DNA of 64,000 bases from positions 124,001 through 188,000 of IMG/VR virus record IMGVR_UViG_3300002835_000007, one strand, 5' to 3'. Position numbers and translations under genes: made by a program. The notes under the pieces were generated by a model that made no database searches, was not told the DNA's origin, and saw nothing but the letters and a program-made list of their open reading frames with translations. The number at the start of each line of letters is the position of its first letter. The stretch's first letter is position 1. Below are positions 9,755-19,190 of this stretch, piece by piece.

Positions 9755-11785
9755 ATGGCAAATAAAAATTTAACAATATTTCAAAAACTAAACCAAGTTA
9801 TTAGTCCAGATGGTGTAAAGTTGCAACCAAAAGACTCAACTAAAAGATATAACATTGGTTCTAGTGAGTTATTAAAAACAACTAGTCGTGAGGAATTTGA
9901 AACAACAAAATTACAAGCTCAACAAAATAAATATTTAGGACAAGTTTGGAAAAAAGTTGAGAATGGAATGTTTCAACAATCTATAAACTATGAAACAACT
10001 CGTATTGGTTCGTACTCTGATTTTGAATCAATGGAGTTTTATCCAGCTATTGCGGCAGCGTTAGATGTGATGATGGAAGAATCAACTACTGTAAACAGAG
10101 TTGGTAAAATGTTGAATGTTTATTCTGATAGTAAACGAATTAAAGGTATATTAGAAGATTTATTTTATAATCGATTAGACATACATACATCATTACCTAT
10201 GTGGACTAGAAACACATGTAAGTATGGTGATAACTTTGTATTTTTAAATATAAATGATAGAGATGGTATTATTGCTGCAAAACAAATGCCTAACTATGAA
10301 ATGGAAAGACGTGAAGGTAGTTTGTTTGACCTAATCACTGGTAGAGAAAAAAATAAACCAGAAGATGAAGCTTCAGACAAAGTTAAATTTTATTGGAGAG
10401 GTCGTGATGTTGAATTTAATTCATGGCAAATGGCACATTTTAGATTACTAGGTGATGATAGACGTTTACCTTATGGTACATCTGTATTAGAGAAGGCTAG
10501 ACGTGTATGGAAACAGTTATTGTTATCTGAGGATTCAATGCTTGTATATCGTGTGACTAGAGCTCCAGAAAGACGTGTTTACAAAATATATGTTGGTAAC
10601 ATTGATGATGCTGATGTTGAACAATATGTAAATGCAATTGCTGATAGGTTTAAACGTATGCCAATCATTGACCCACAAACTGGTCAAATTGATTTACGTT
10701 ACAATCAGTTATCTAATGACCAAGATTTCTTTATTCCAGTTAGGGATGAGTCTGCACCAAACCCAATTGATACGTTGCCAGGTGCATCTAACTTGGACCA
10801 AATTGCGGATATTGAATATTTAAGAGGTAATTTATTTACAGCATTACGTGTACCTAAACCATTCTTAGGTTTTGATGAAACATCTGGTGAAGGTAAGAAC
10901 TTAGCTTTACAAGATATTCGTTTCTCTAGAACTATTAATCGCATTCAACAATCAATGATTCAAGAATTAAATAAGATTGCAATTATTCACTTATACATAT
11001 TAGGTTTTGAAGATGAATTGGATAATTTTTCATTAACACTTAATAACCCATCAACTCAAGCAGAGATGCTTAACGTTGAACATTTACAACTTAAAATTAC
11101 AGCTCTTAAAGATGCTGTGTCTGATATTGGTAACGGATTTGGTGCTATGTCATGGACACGTGCTCATAGAGAAATTTTAGGATGGTCTGATGATGAAATC
11201 AAACAAGACTTACTTGAACAACGTATGGAGAAAGCAGCAGCTGCTGAATTGGCTAATACTGCTAATGTTATTAAACATACTAGAATGTTTGACGAAGTTG
11301 ATAATATTTTTGGTGACATTGAAGCTGCTAAAGCTGGCGGTGGCGGTGCACCAGAAGAAGGTGGTGATGCTGCTGGAGGCGGAGGCGGAGGCGGAAGCTT
11401 CGGTGGTGGTTTCGGAGGTGGAACAACTGGTGGTGAAGATTTAGATTTTGGTGATGAAACACCAGCAGAAGGTGAAGCACCAGCAGAAGGTGAAGCACCA
11501 GCAGAAGAGGGTGCTGCTCCAGAGGAACCAGCTCCAACTCCAACTATAACTGAATCATTGAATAGGTTGAATAATTTATTAACAGAAAGAAAAACTACCT
11601 TATCAAAAACTTTAGATAACCGTAAAAGAAAATATAAAAACAGACATTTAGATGTTCTTGTTGAAAGTATTAATTCTGATAACGAAGTTAAATCTGAAAA
11701 AGTTAAAATATACGATAAGAATTTAAAAATAAATTCTGAATTAGATAATATTATAGATGACATCGATAAAATGTTAGAAGAGTAA
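9755..11785 (+). CDS. Portal protein (T4 gp20-like) with Gly/Glu/Pro-rich C-terminal extension
   Basis: YGTSVLEKARRVWKQL.L.EDSMLVYR.TRAPERRVY.I.VGN, DFFIPVR, IDTLPGASNL, DIEYL...L..AL.VPK..L. Confidence 0.93.
   Translation: MANKNLTIFQKLNQVISPDGVKLQPKDSTKRYNIGSSELLKTTSREEFETTKLQAQQNKYLGQVWKKVENGMFQQSINYETTRIGSYSDFESMEFYPAIAAALDVMMEESTTVNRVGKMLNVYSDSKRIKGILEDLFYNRLDIHTSLPMWTRNTCKYGDNFVFLNINDRDGIIAAKQMPNYEMERREGSLFDLITGREKNKPEDEASDKVKFYWRGRDVEFNSWQMAHFRLLGDDRRLPYGTSVLEKARRVWKQLLLSEDSMLVYRVTRAPERRVYKIYVGNIDDADVEQYVNAIADRFKRMPIIDPQTGQIDLRYNQLSNDQDFFIPVRDESAPNPIDTLPGASNLDQIADIEYLRGNLFTALRVPKPFLGFDETSGEGKNLALQDIRFSRTINRIQQSMIQELNKIAIIHLYILGFEDELDNFSLTLNNPSTQAEMLNVEHLQLKITALKDAVSDIGNGFGAMSWTRAHREILGWSDDEIKQDLLEQRMEKAAAAELANTANVIKHTRMFDEVDNIFGDIEAAKAGGGGAPEEGGDAAGGGGGGGSFGGGFGGGTTGGEDLDFGDETPAEGEAPAEGEAPAEEGAAPEEPAPTPTITESLNRLNNLLTERKTTLSKTLDNRKRKYKNRHLDVLVESINSDNEVKSEKVKIYDKNLKINSELDNIIDDIDKMLEE
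11461..11506 (+). repeat. 18-bp tandem repeat (EGEAPA) in portal tail
   Basis: accagcagaaggtgaagc repeated about 2.5 times. Confidence 0.85.
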
Positions 11786-11826
11786 TATTTATGATTATAA
11801 CAGCATATTTATAATAAAACATTAAA

Positions 11827-12624
11827 ATGGGTAAAATAGACATTACAAAAACAGTTCAGAATTTTGGTAAACTTAAAAACGTATATAATGATATATTAGT
11901 TGAAAGCGTAGTTACAAAGGATAAAGATAAAAAAACTTTATTTAAAGATTACGTTAGAACCATCAAAGAAAACGTCATATTAAAGAATCAATTTTTAATA
12001 TATAATCTTATTGAAAATAAAGTTGAGAGTAATGAATTAAAAGCTAAAGTATTTTTAGATGAGTGTTTAGATATTATGTCTAAATTCAAAAAGAAAGATA
12101 TTATGGAAGCTAACAGTGCGTTATTAACAAATATTTTATTTGAAAATGATAATGATTATGATAAAAAAGAATTACATGAAAATTTATCATTTTTAATTTT
12201 CACAGATAAAACACCAAAGAACATTAATAAGATTATTGATTCAAAAGATTTTATCGTAAATTATATTTTAAATAATAAAGAAAAAGAAATTAAAGAATCT
12301 TTTAATTTACCAAATAGTTTATTAACTAACTTAATGGTTGAAAAATATAATGAAAGATATTCTGAACTTGAGGAATCTGATAAAAAAATTATTAAAGCTT
12401 TAATTGGTTCAGATGACGAAGAAAAGAAAACAGTTTATACAGAAACACTTAGAGAATGTATAACAATGATTGATGAAAAATTAACTGAATCTGATTTGGA
12501 CACTAAAGATAAATTGTTAAAAGTTAAAGATAAATTATTAAGAGATAAAATTGAAATTAATGAAGATTATGTTAAAAACATAAGCAAATTAGTTGATTTA
12601 AAGAATAGTTTAAAGACAAGGTAG
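11827..12624 (+). CDS. Hypothetical helical protein in head module
   Basis: 265 aa ORF after TATTTATA at 11806. Confidence 0.8.
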   Translation: MGKIDITKTVQNFGKLKNVYNDILVESVVTKDKDKKTLFKDYVRTIKENVILKNQFLIYNLIENKVESNELKAKVFLDECLDIMSKFKKKDIMEANSALLTNILFENDNDYDKKELHENLSFLIFTDKTPKNINKIIDSKDFIVNYILNNKEKEIKESFNLPNSLLTNLMVEKYNERYSELEESDKKIIKALIGSDDEEKKTVYTETLRECITMIDEKLTESDLDTKDKLLKVKDKLLRDKIEINEDYVKNISKLVDLKNSLKTR

Positions 12625-12653
12625 TTGACTTATTCCAGGATTTTTCATATAAT
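12625..12653 (+). promoter_or_regulatory. sigma70-type promoter
   Basis: TTGACT-17 nt-TATAAT, 14 nt before ATG 12668. Confidence 0.75.
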
Positions 12654-12667
12654 TAAATAAAAAATAT

Positions 12668-13105
12668 ATGAAGACTGGAAAAGAAATTAAAAACAACAAT
12701 TTTAAAAATTACAATATCACATATGGTACTGTAAACAATAAGAACCCAAAATCAATCTACTTAAATATTTCATCGTGGCTCGAACCGATAAAAGATGAAA
12801 CGAACAATTATAGTTTTGATATTAGGTCTTTAAATAAAAAAATAAAACAAACGTTATTTAACTATTTAGATGCTAATAAAACAATCTTTAACAAAGATAG
12901 AACAATTGTTGATTTAGATATAAGGGAATCTGGTATAAAGTTAGGTAAAAGAAGTTTTATGAATTGCGAAGTAACCTTTTTTATGAAAGAAGCTTTATCC
13001 ATCAATTCAATTGAAATTACAAACACCGTTGATGAACTGACCGATTTAATGTTCGCAACATTTGAAACAAACAAATCATTTAAATTTAATAAGAAAAAAA
13101 ATTAA
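12668..13105 (+). CDS. Hypothetical protein
   Basis: 145 aa ORF with its own promoter and terminator. Confidence 0.75.
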   Translation: MKTGKEIKNNNFKNYNITYGTVNNKNPKSIYLNISSWLEPIKDETNNYSFDIRSLNKKIKQTLFNYLDANKTIFNKDRTIVDLDIRESGIKLGKRSFMNCEVTFFMKEALSINSIEITNTVDELTDLMFATFETNKSFKFNKKKN

Positions 13106-13107
13106 AT

Positions 13108-13131
13108 AAAGCCCCGTTTGGGGCTTTTTTT
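13108..13131 (+). terminator. Intrinsic terminator
   Basis: AAAGCCCC GTTT GGGGCTTTTTTT. Confidence 0.85.
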
Positions 13132-13169
13132 ATTAATAGAATATATTTATATCTATAAGCAACTAAATT

Positions 13170-13892
13170 ATGGATATAAATTATAAAGACTTTAAAATAT
13201 TAAAACGTGGTGAAAGCGGTTGGGGTGGACTAATTGAACACGATGCTGGATACATTAGTCCAGATGAACCTAGAAACCATCCTTTCATTAACGAAATCAA
13301 AAAATTAGAATCTGGCAAAGTTGTTATTGCAGAGCCTCTTATCGTTTATGTCGTATTACAAAAATTCGGTGTCTTAAATAGAAATGGTAGAGTTTATCCA
13401 GAAGTAGTTCTAAAAAGTCAAGACAAACTTTATCAAGAAGCAATTCGTGAACGCAGAGCTGTAGGTGAATTAGACCACCCAGAAAGTTCTATTATTGCTG
13501 GTGATAGAATTTCACACAATATTATTGAAACATGGTGGGAAGGTCATACTCTTATGGGTAAGATGGAAATCATAATGAGCCCAGGTTTTATTAACTATGG
13601 AATTATATCATGTAAAGGTGATGATGTTGCCAACATGTTAAGAAATAGAATTAAAATCGGTGTTTCTTCTCGTGGCGTTGGTTCACTTAAAGAAGGTAAA
13701 AATGGTGAGCAAATAGTTCAAGACGATTTTGAAATAATTTGTTGGGACGTTGTAACAGCACCTAGTACACCAGGTTCATGGATGGGAACGTCAATAGAAG
13801 AATTAAAACCTTACGTTGAGAACGAAGTAAAAACCAAGCCTTTGTTAAAAGAAAACTTAATAGATGATTTAGATAAATTTTTATCTGAATAA
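13170..13892 (+). CDS. Prohead core protease (T4 gp21-like)
   Basis: NRNGRVYP, GELDHP, SHNI, GVSSRGVGS, DF.I..WD.V..PS.PG. Confidence 0.93.
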   Translation: MDINYKDFKILKRGESGWGGLIEHDAGYISPDEPRNHPFINEIKKLESGKVVIAEPLIVYVVLQKFGVLNRNGRVYPEVVLKSQDKLYQEAIRERRAVGELDHPESSIIAGDRISHNIIETWWEGHTLMGKMEIIMSPGFINYGIISCKGDDVANMLRNRIKIGVSSRGVGSLKEGKNGEQIVQDDFEIICWDVVTAPSTPGSWMGTSIEELKPYVENEVKTKPLLKENLIDDLDKFLSE

Positions 13893-13901
13893 TTTTTTTT
13901 T

Positions 13902-13924
13902 TGCGAAAAAAAGGTTTTTTCGCA
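13902..13924 (+). terminator. Hairpin between protease and scaffold genes
   Basis: TGCGAAAAAA AGG TTTTTTCGCA inverted repeat. Confidence 0.45.
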
Positions 13925-13999
13925 CTAACACACATATTTATAAACAAATGAGGTAAAATCTTATTACTAAATTAATTTTTAAAATTAAAAATATTAAAA

Positions 14000-15271
14000 A
14001 TGGCAGAAAAAAAATCAATACTAGAAGAAGCATTATTAGATATTAAAAATATCGAAAACGCTCTTAATGCTAACACAAAAGAAATACTTCGTTCTGTAGC
14101 GAAAGAAGAAATTGATAGTGTTGTGAAAGAATCTTTAGATGAAGAGATTTATGAAGAAGAAACTTTAGAAGAAGCATCTCACGCTGAGCATGAAAAATCT
14201 GAATCGAAAGAAAAAGAAAAAGCTGAGCATGAAAAAGGTGAAGAAGCTAAAGAGAAAAAAGAAGTTACTGAAGCCTATGAAGAAGAAGGTCTAGACATGA
14301 ATATGGAAGACGAAGTAGAAATGGGTGTTGAGGCACCAGAGGTAACCAATATGGTTGGAAGTAGCGATGAAGAAATTTTTGACATGTACAAGAAAATAAC
14401 ATCTCAAGATGGTTTTGAAATTGTTGGTGATGAAGTTCACATTAACATTACTGAACCAGGTGAGTATATCATTAAGTTAGATTCTTTAAAAGATGTTGAA
14501 AATGACGAAGAAGATTTTGGTTCTGATGAATTTGCTAGTGATGATTCTGATGAAGAAGATTTAACAGTTATTGGTGGTGATGATTCTGAAGAAGAAGAAG
14601 ACACTGAATATAACATTGAGTTAGACGATGAAGATTCTGAAGAAGAAGAAGAAGATGAAGAAGGTGGTGAAGAAGATGAGGAAGAAACAAACCTTATTGC
14701 TGCTAATGATGATTCTGAAGAAGAAGATGAATTAGATGAAAGTCAAGCTCTTGCTCATGCTCATGGTAAAAAATACAGCGGTGGCCGTACTTTAGCACCA
14801 GAATCTGAAAAGGAATCTTTACAAGAAGTTCAAAAAGCTAGACAAATCGTTTCTGAAACAGCAAAAAAATATAACAGCTTATTAACTGAGGCTAAAAAAT
14901 TAAAAACTGAGAATCAAGAATTCAGAACAGCTCTTAAAGAATTTAGAACAAAGTTAGTTGAGACTGTAGTGTTCAATTCAAACTTGACTTATATTACAAG
15001 ATTGTTTACTGAGCATTCAACAACTAAAGCTGAAAAACAAAGTATTTTAAAAAGATTTGACCAAGCAAGTAACTTAGTAGAATCTAAAAAATTATACAAA
15101 GTGATTTCTAATGAATTGGAAACAAGAAAACCAATCACTGAATCGCTAGAAAACAAATTAATAAAGGAATCAACTACAAGTACTTCAAAACAATTAAATG
15201 AAAGTACTGCTTATGTTGACCCTTCAACTCAAAGGATTAAAGATTTAATCAACAGAGTTGAAAAAAGATAA
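14000..15271 (+). CDS. Prohead scaffold/core-like protein
   Basis: Very acidic, coiled-coil C-terminus, lies between protease and MCP (position of T4 gp22). Confidence 0.7.
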   Translation: MAEKKSILEEALLDIKNIENALNANTKEILRSVAKEEIDSVVKESLDEEIYEEETLEEASHAEHEKSESKEKEKAEHEKGEEAKEKKEVTEAYEEEGLDMNMEDEVEMGVEAPEVTNMVGSSDEEIFDMYKKITSQDGFEIVGDEVHINITEPGEYIIKLDSLKDVENDEEDFGSDEFASDDSDEEDLTVIGGDDSEEEEDTEYNIELDDEDSEEEEEDEEGGEEDEEETNLIAANDDSEEEDELDESQALAHAHGKKYSGGRTLAPESEKESLQEVQKARQIVSETAKKYNSLLTEAKKLKTENQEFRTALKEFRTKLVETVVFNSNLTYITRLFTEHSTTKAEKQSILKRFDQASNLVESKKLYKVISNELETRKPITESLENKLIKESTTSTSKQLNESTAYVDPSTQRIKDLINRVEKR

Positions 15272-15303
15272 TAACATTAAATAACAATAAATAAAAAACA
15301 ATT

Positions 15304-17130
15304 ATGTCACATTTATTAACATCTGGACAAGTAGGTAACATCGGATTAAACCACATGAAAGCTATCCGTTTGGAAACTCAAAACAAATGGGAATCATTAG
15401 GATTCTTAGAGGGTCTTAGAGGCCACGTAAAAGAAAACATCGCTCAGTTATATGAAAACCAAGCGTCTTCATTATTAACTGAAACTACGACAGCAACAAA
15501 CTCTGGTTCTTTCGAAACTGTAGTTTTCCCTATCGTAAGAAGAGTTTTCTCTAAATTATTAGCTAACGATATCGTATCTGTACAAGCTATGAACATGCCA
15601 ATTGGTAAATTGTTCTTCTTTGTTCCACAAACATCTTCAAGAGTTGATTCTGCTGGTAATAAAGGTTCTGCTTATGATACTGATACTTACACTAACTCTC
15701 AGTACTCTGCTCACACTTCATTTGCAAACACTGGTATGCCATCATGTGTATTACCAGCTGCTGGAACATGTGTTGCTACAGTAATGGAAGCTAAAAACTT
15801 ATATGATATTTTCTATAACGATGGTTTATTTGACAACTCTAAAGGTACTTTAACTATTAGAACTCATACTAACGTTAGTAAATTATCTTTAGGTGCTAAT
15901 GGTGAATTCTCTGGATTAGCTGCTGCTGGTACTTTAGCTACTGCTACTGATGGTTCAGTTAGAGAAATTATCGTTGGTGTTTCTGGTTTCTCACCAAACA
16001 ACACTAACAAAGCGGTTATGACTGGTGCTGACGGTAACGATATGGATACTGAGTCTTTCTTAGCTTCATTAAACGTTGTTACTACAGCTAACATCTACGA
16101 TAAAGATGGTAACGTTGTTGTTTCAACTAACAAATCTGTACCATTCAGATTAGTAACTCAAAAATATGGTAAAGGAATTGTAGATTATACATCAATTACA
16201 GATGCTACTGGTACTGTATACTTAGCTTTAGATTTAAGCCACCCAGTTGGAACAACTGCTGCTGGTTCTGCTGCTGCTGGTACAGCTACTTATGATGGTT
16301 ATGTTGGTGCTTCTGCAACTACTGTATCTGCATTCACATTCAACGCTGCTTGGGCTGAGTATGCAACATTAGAACTTGAAACTGAAATGGGAGAAGTATC
16401 TTTCAAATTAGATGAAGTTGTTGTATCTGTTGAAGAAAGAAAATTAAGAGCTACTTGGTCTCCAGAGTTAGCACAAGACGTTAGTGCATTCCACAACATC
16501 GATGCTGAAGCTGAGTTAACTGCAATGTTATCTGAACAAGTTGCTGCTGAGATTGACCGTGAAATCTTGAGAGATATCCGTAAAGCTGCTGCATGGCAAT
16601 TAAGATGGGATTACAACGGATGGAGAAAAGCTTCTTCTGCTGCATCACCATATACTCAAAAAGAGTGGAACCAAACTTTAATTACTAAATTAAACCAAAT
16701 CTCTGCTCAAATCCACAAATCTACGTTAAGAGGTGGTGCTAACTTCATCGTGGTATCTTCTGAGATATCTGCAATCTTTGATGATTTAGAATACTTCCAC
16801 GTATCTGATGCTAACCCAGAGCAAGACCAATACAACATGGGTATTGAAAGAATCGGTTCTTTAAGCGGACGTTACCAAGTGTACCGTGACCCTTATGCAC
16901 CAGCTTACTCTATCATCATTGGTCACAAAGGAAAATCATTGTTAGACACTGGTTATATCTACGCACCATACGTGCCGTTACAATTAACTCCAACAATGTA
17001 CAACCCTTTCAACTTTGCTCCAGTGAAAGGTATCATGACACGTTACGCTAAGAAAGTAGTAAACAATCGTTTCTACGGACACTTGAGAGTTGACGGTGTA
17101 ATGACATTCAACCCTAACGAATTAAGATAG
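15304..17130 (+). CDS. Major capsid protein (T4 gp23-like)
   Basis: VRRVF..LLA.DIVSVQAM..P.G..F, RKLRATWSPELAQD..AFH.IDAEAEL, EIDREI, G..YAPYVPL, GIMTRY. Confidence 0.96.
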   Translation: MSHLLTSGQVGNIGLNHMKAIRLETQNKWESLGFLEGLRGHVKENIAQLYENQASSLLTETTTATNSGSFETVVFPIVRRVFSKLLANDIVSVQAMNMPIGKLFFFVPQTSSRVDSAGNKGSAYDTDTYTNSQYSAHTSFANTGMPSCVLPAAGTCVATVMEAKNLYDIFYNDGLFDNSKGTLTIRTHTNVSKLSLGANGEFSGLAAAGTLATATDGSVREIIVGVSGFSPNNTNKAVMTGADGNDMDTESFLASLNVVTTANIYDKDGNVVVSTNKSVPFRLVTQKYGKGIVDYTSITDATGTVYLALDLSHPVGTTAAGSAAAGTATYDGYVGASATTVSAFTFNAAWAEYATLELETEMGEVSFKLDEVVVSVEERKLRATWSPELAQDVSAFHNIDAEAELTAMLSEQVAAEIDREILRDIRKAAAWQLRWDYNGWRKASSAASPYTQKEWNQTLITKLNQISAQIHKSTLRGGANFIVVSSEISAIFDDLEYFHVSDANPEQDQYNMGIERIGSLSGRYQVYRDPYAPAYSIIIGHKGKSLLDTGYIYAPYVPLQLTPTMYNPFNFAPVKGIMTRYAKKVVNNRFYGHLRVDGVMTFNPNELR

Positions 17131-17151
17131 TCTTAATTTAACATAAAACTT

Positions 17152-17181
17152 AAAAGCTCTACAGAAATGTGGAGCTTTTTT
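17152..17181 (+). terminator. Intrinsic terminator after MCP
   Basis: AAAAGCTCTACA GAAA TGTGGAGCTTTTT. Confidence 0.9.
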
Positions 17182-17215
17182 GTTTTATAGGAATATTTAT
17201 TAATAAAAATAACAT

Positions 17216-17914
17216 ATGAGAAGATTTGATAAAGACAAAAATATTCAAAAAGCTAATCTATTAGCTGAGCAAAGATATCTAGTATCTAAGGGTTTGATTG
17301 TTGAGATTACTAGTAGTGATGAAGAAACAATAGATGTTTTAAAAAAGTTAATTGCTAATATTAAAAATAAAAGTGAATTATCTATTTACGATAAAGCCTC
17401 ATTAGACGCATGGGAAACCACATTAAGACGAGTAATTTCAAGTAAGGAAGAAGCTGAATTTCATGCACGAAGTTCTAATAGTAATTCTAATAAAAATATT
17501 GAAACTAAACCTTTAGAACGCACAGATTTAATTAACTTATTTACAACAGCATTAGAAGGTGGTTCTAATTATTGGTATTATATTAAACATCTACCTAAAG
17601 ATGTTAAGTATGATATTCAACATATGGGTGTACATGGTAGTAAAGCAATTAGTAAATTTTTATTAGGTGGAGGTAAAATGTATTTCTATGATAAAGATGA
17701 GAATATTGGTGATGATTCTGATGATGGATATGAATATATGAATGAAAAGGGTTATTTGGGTTATGTTGATATTGATAAAATATTAGATGCTATTAATTTA
17801 TTAAAAAATGAATATAGTGAAATACATTATAGAATTTTAAATGGCCAGTTTGATGCAGATGACGCAGACGTATTTTTACAATTATGTGTAATGGGAAAAG
17901 TTAAATACGGTTAA
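17216..17914 (+). CDS. Hypothetical protein
   Basis: 232 aa ORF after TATTTAT at 17194; C-terminal LEGGSNYW...DADDADVFLQLCVMGKVKYG. Confidence 0.75.
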   Translation: MRRFDKDKNIQKANLLAEQRYLVSKGLIVEITSSDEETIDVLKKLIANIKNKSELSIYDKASLDAWETTLRRVISSKEEAEFHARSSNSNSNKNIETKPLERTDLINLFTTALEGGSNYWYYIKHLPKDVKYDIQHMGVHGSKAISKFLLGGGKMYFYDKDENIGDDSDDGYEYMNEKGYLGYVDIDKILDAINLLKNEYSEIHYRILNGQFDADDADVFLQLCVMGKVKYG

Positions 17915-17943
17915 TTTTATTAATATAAAACTAAGTGAAATAA

Positions 17944-18099
17944 TTATTGTTTATCTATTTCTTCTTTAAATTCTTTAACCACTTCTGGTAAATTAAGGAA
18001 GTAACTTCTAACACGTTTACCTAAATCCATATCATTTGGATTTTCTTTAACTAAATTTTTAATGTCAGTTAACGCTGCTTCTACTAATTCTAATTTCAT
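17944..18099 (-). CDS. Small hypothetical protein (51 aa, not in ORF track)
   Basis: MKLELVEAALTDIKNLVKENPNDMDLGKRVRSYFLNLPEVVKEFKEEIDKQ*, A-rich leader. Confidence 0.65.
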   Translation of the reverse strand: MKLELVEAALTDIKNLVKENPNDMDLGKRVRSYFLNLPEVVKEFKEEIDKQ

Positions 18100-18138
18100 A
18101 TTTTTCATAACAATATTTTTTAACTAATGTACAATAAA

Positions 18139-18166
18139 AAAACCGAAGATGCAAATCCTCGGTTTT
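18139..18166 (-). terminator. Intrinsic terminator
   Basis: AAAACCGA(AGAT GCAA ATCC)TCGGTTTT; T tract on the - strand downstream of the 18195 stop. Confidence 0.7.
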
Positions 18167-18194
18167 AATTTATGTGTTAACTCGTTAATTTATT

Positions 18195-19064
18195 TTATGC
18201 TTTTGTGCCGCATTGACCACAAAACTTGTGTCCTTTTCCTAATTTAGCACCACAGTTTGTGCAGTATACTTTTACATTGATATCTTCAACTGTGTTTATT
18301 TTTTGTGACACTGGTAACATTTTACATTCAATAGTGTGAAAAGCCCAGTATTCAAACTTTTTATCCACTGTAACAACCTTTTGGTCAGAAACTGAACCTT
18401 GCTCTACTCTACCAGTTTCTATGCTCTTAGAACGACTCTTTAGCGTTCTAGTTGGATTAGCTTCTTTTGGTGCGTCCATTGATAACATATCATTCATTGA
18501 ATCAAGTGTTGGTACACTATTACTAACTGAAGAAGTATATAACGCAGTAGACCCAATATGACCAGATGTGTTTGTAATATTAACGCTACCGTTAGGTATA
18601 GATGAAGCATACCCACCAATTGTTGTATTGTTTATAGTTCCACCAAAACCTCTAGCAGTATTACTATTTATTGCTAGTGTGTTTAAGTAATTAGGAACTC
18701 TTTCTCTGTAGAATTCTACTTTGAAATCACCATTCTTTTCGATTGCTTTTTTAACTTCTTCAGTATTTGAAACTTCATAAGTATCAAATAAGAATTTTTT
18801 AGCAACATCTAAGTATCTGTCTAAGAATACTCTTTGGCCAGGGTTCAATACCAAACCACCTTGTGAAATAGGATTACCATTAAGTATGATTTTAGCCAGA
18901 ATAACATCCGTTGTTGGATTAAATAATTCGATTTGGAACTCTTGTCCCTTTTGTAGATAATACGTTGGCATATCGCCCGTATTGTTGTAGACTTTAAGTC
19001 TTGATTTGTTCACAGCAATATTAGCTGTAGGCACAGATTGTGCCGCAGAATAATTTAAATACAT
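18195..19064 (-). CDS. Hypothetical protein with C-terminal zinc ribbon
   Basis: Ends YCTNCGAKLGKGHKFCGQCGTKA (two CxxC); beta-rich N-domain and low-complexity linker. Confidence 0.8.
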   Translation of the reverse strand: MYLNYSAAQSVPTANIAVNKSRLKVYNNTGDMPTYYLQKGQEFQIELFNPTTDVILAKIILNGNPISQGGLVLNPGQRVFLDRYLDVAKKFLFDTYEVSNTEEVKKAIEKNGDFKVEFYRERVPNYLNTLAINSNTARGFGGTINNTTIGGYASSIPNGSVNITNTSGHIGSTALYTSSVSNSVPTLDSMNDMLSMDAPKEANPTRTLKSRSKSIETGRVEQGSVSDQKVVTVDKKFEYWAFHTIECKMLPVSQKINTVEDINVKVYCTNCGAKLGKGHKFCGQCGTKA

Positions 19065-19090
19065 TTTAATTAACTTTTAATTTTTGTTAT

Positions 19091-19151
19091 TATTGTACCG
19101 ATACCTTTGCTGCCTTGACAGCTCTAAACCATTTCTGGTCGGGACCAATAC
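19091..19151 (-). ncRNA. Candidate structured 5' leader RNA
   Basis: GC-rich island in an AT-rich intergenic region with three predicted stems. Confidence 0.4.
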
Positions 19152-19190
19152 GTGAGTTAACACATTTATAAATATAGTGAAAAAATGTTT

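Noticed and set aside
19108-19134. GGTTTAGAGCTG...CAGCAAAG resembles the Cas9 repeat/sgRNA GTTTTAGAGCTA...TAGCAAG; the nearby UUAACUC...GGUCCC resembles twister
   Set aside because: The match is short, single-copy, with no array or cas gene, and the twister pseudoknot partners (GAGGG) are missing. Kept only as an unknown structured leader.
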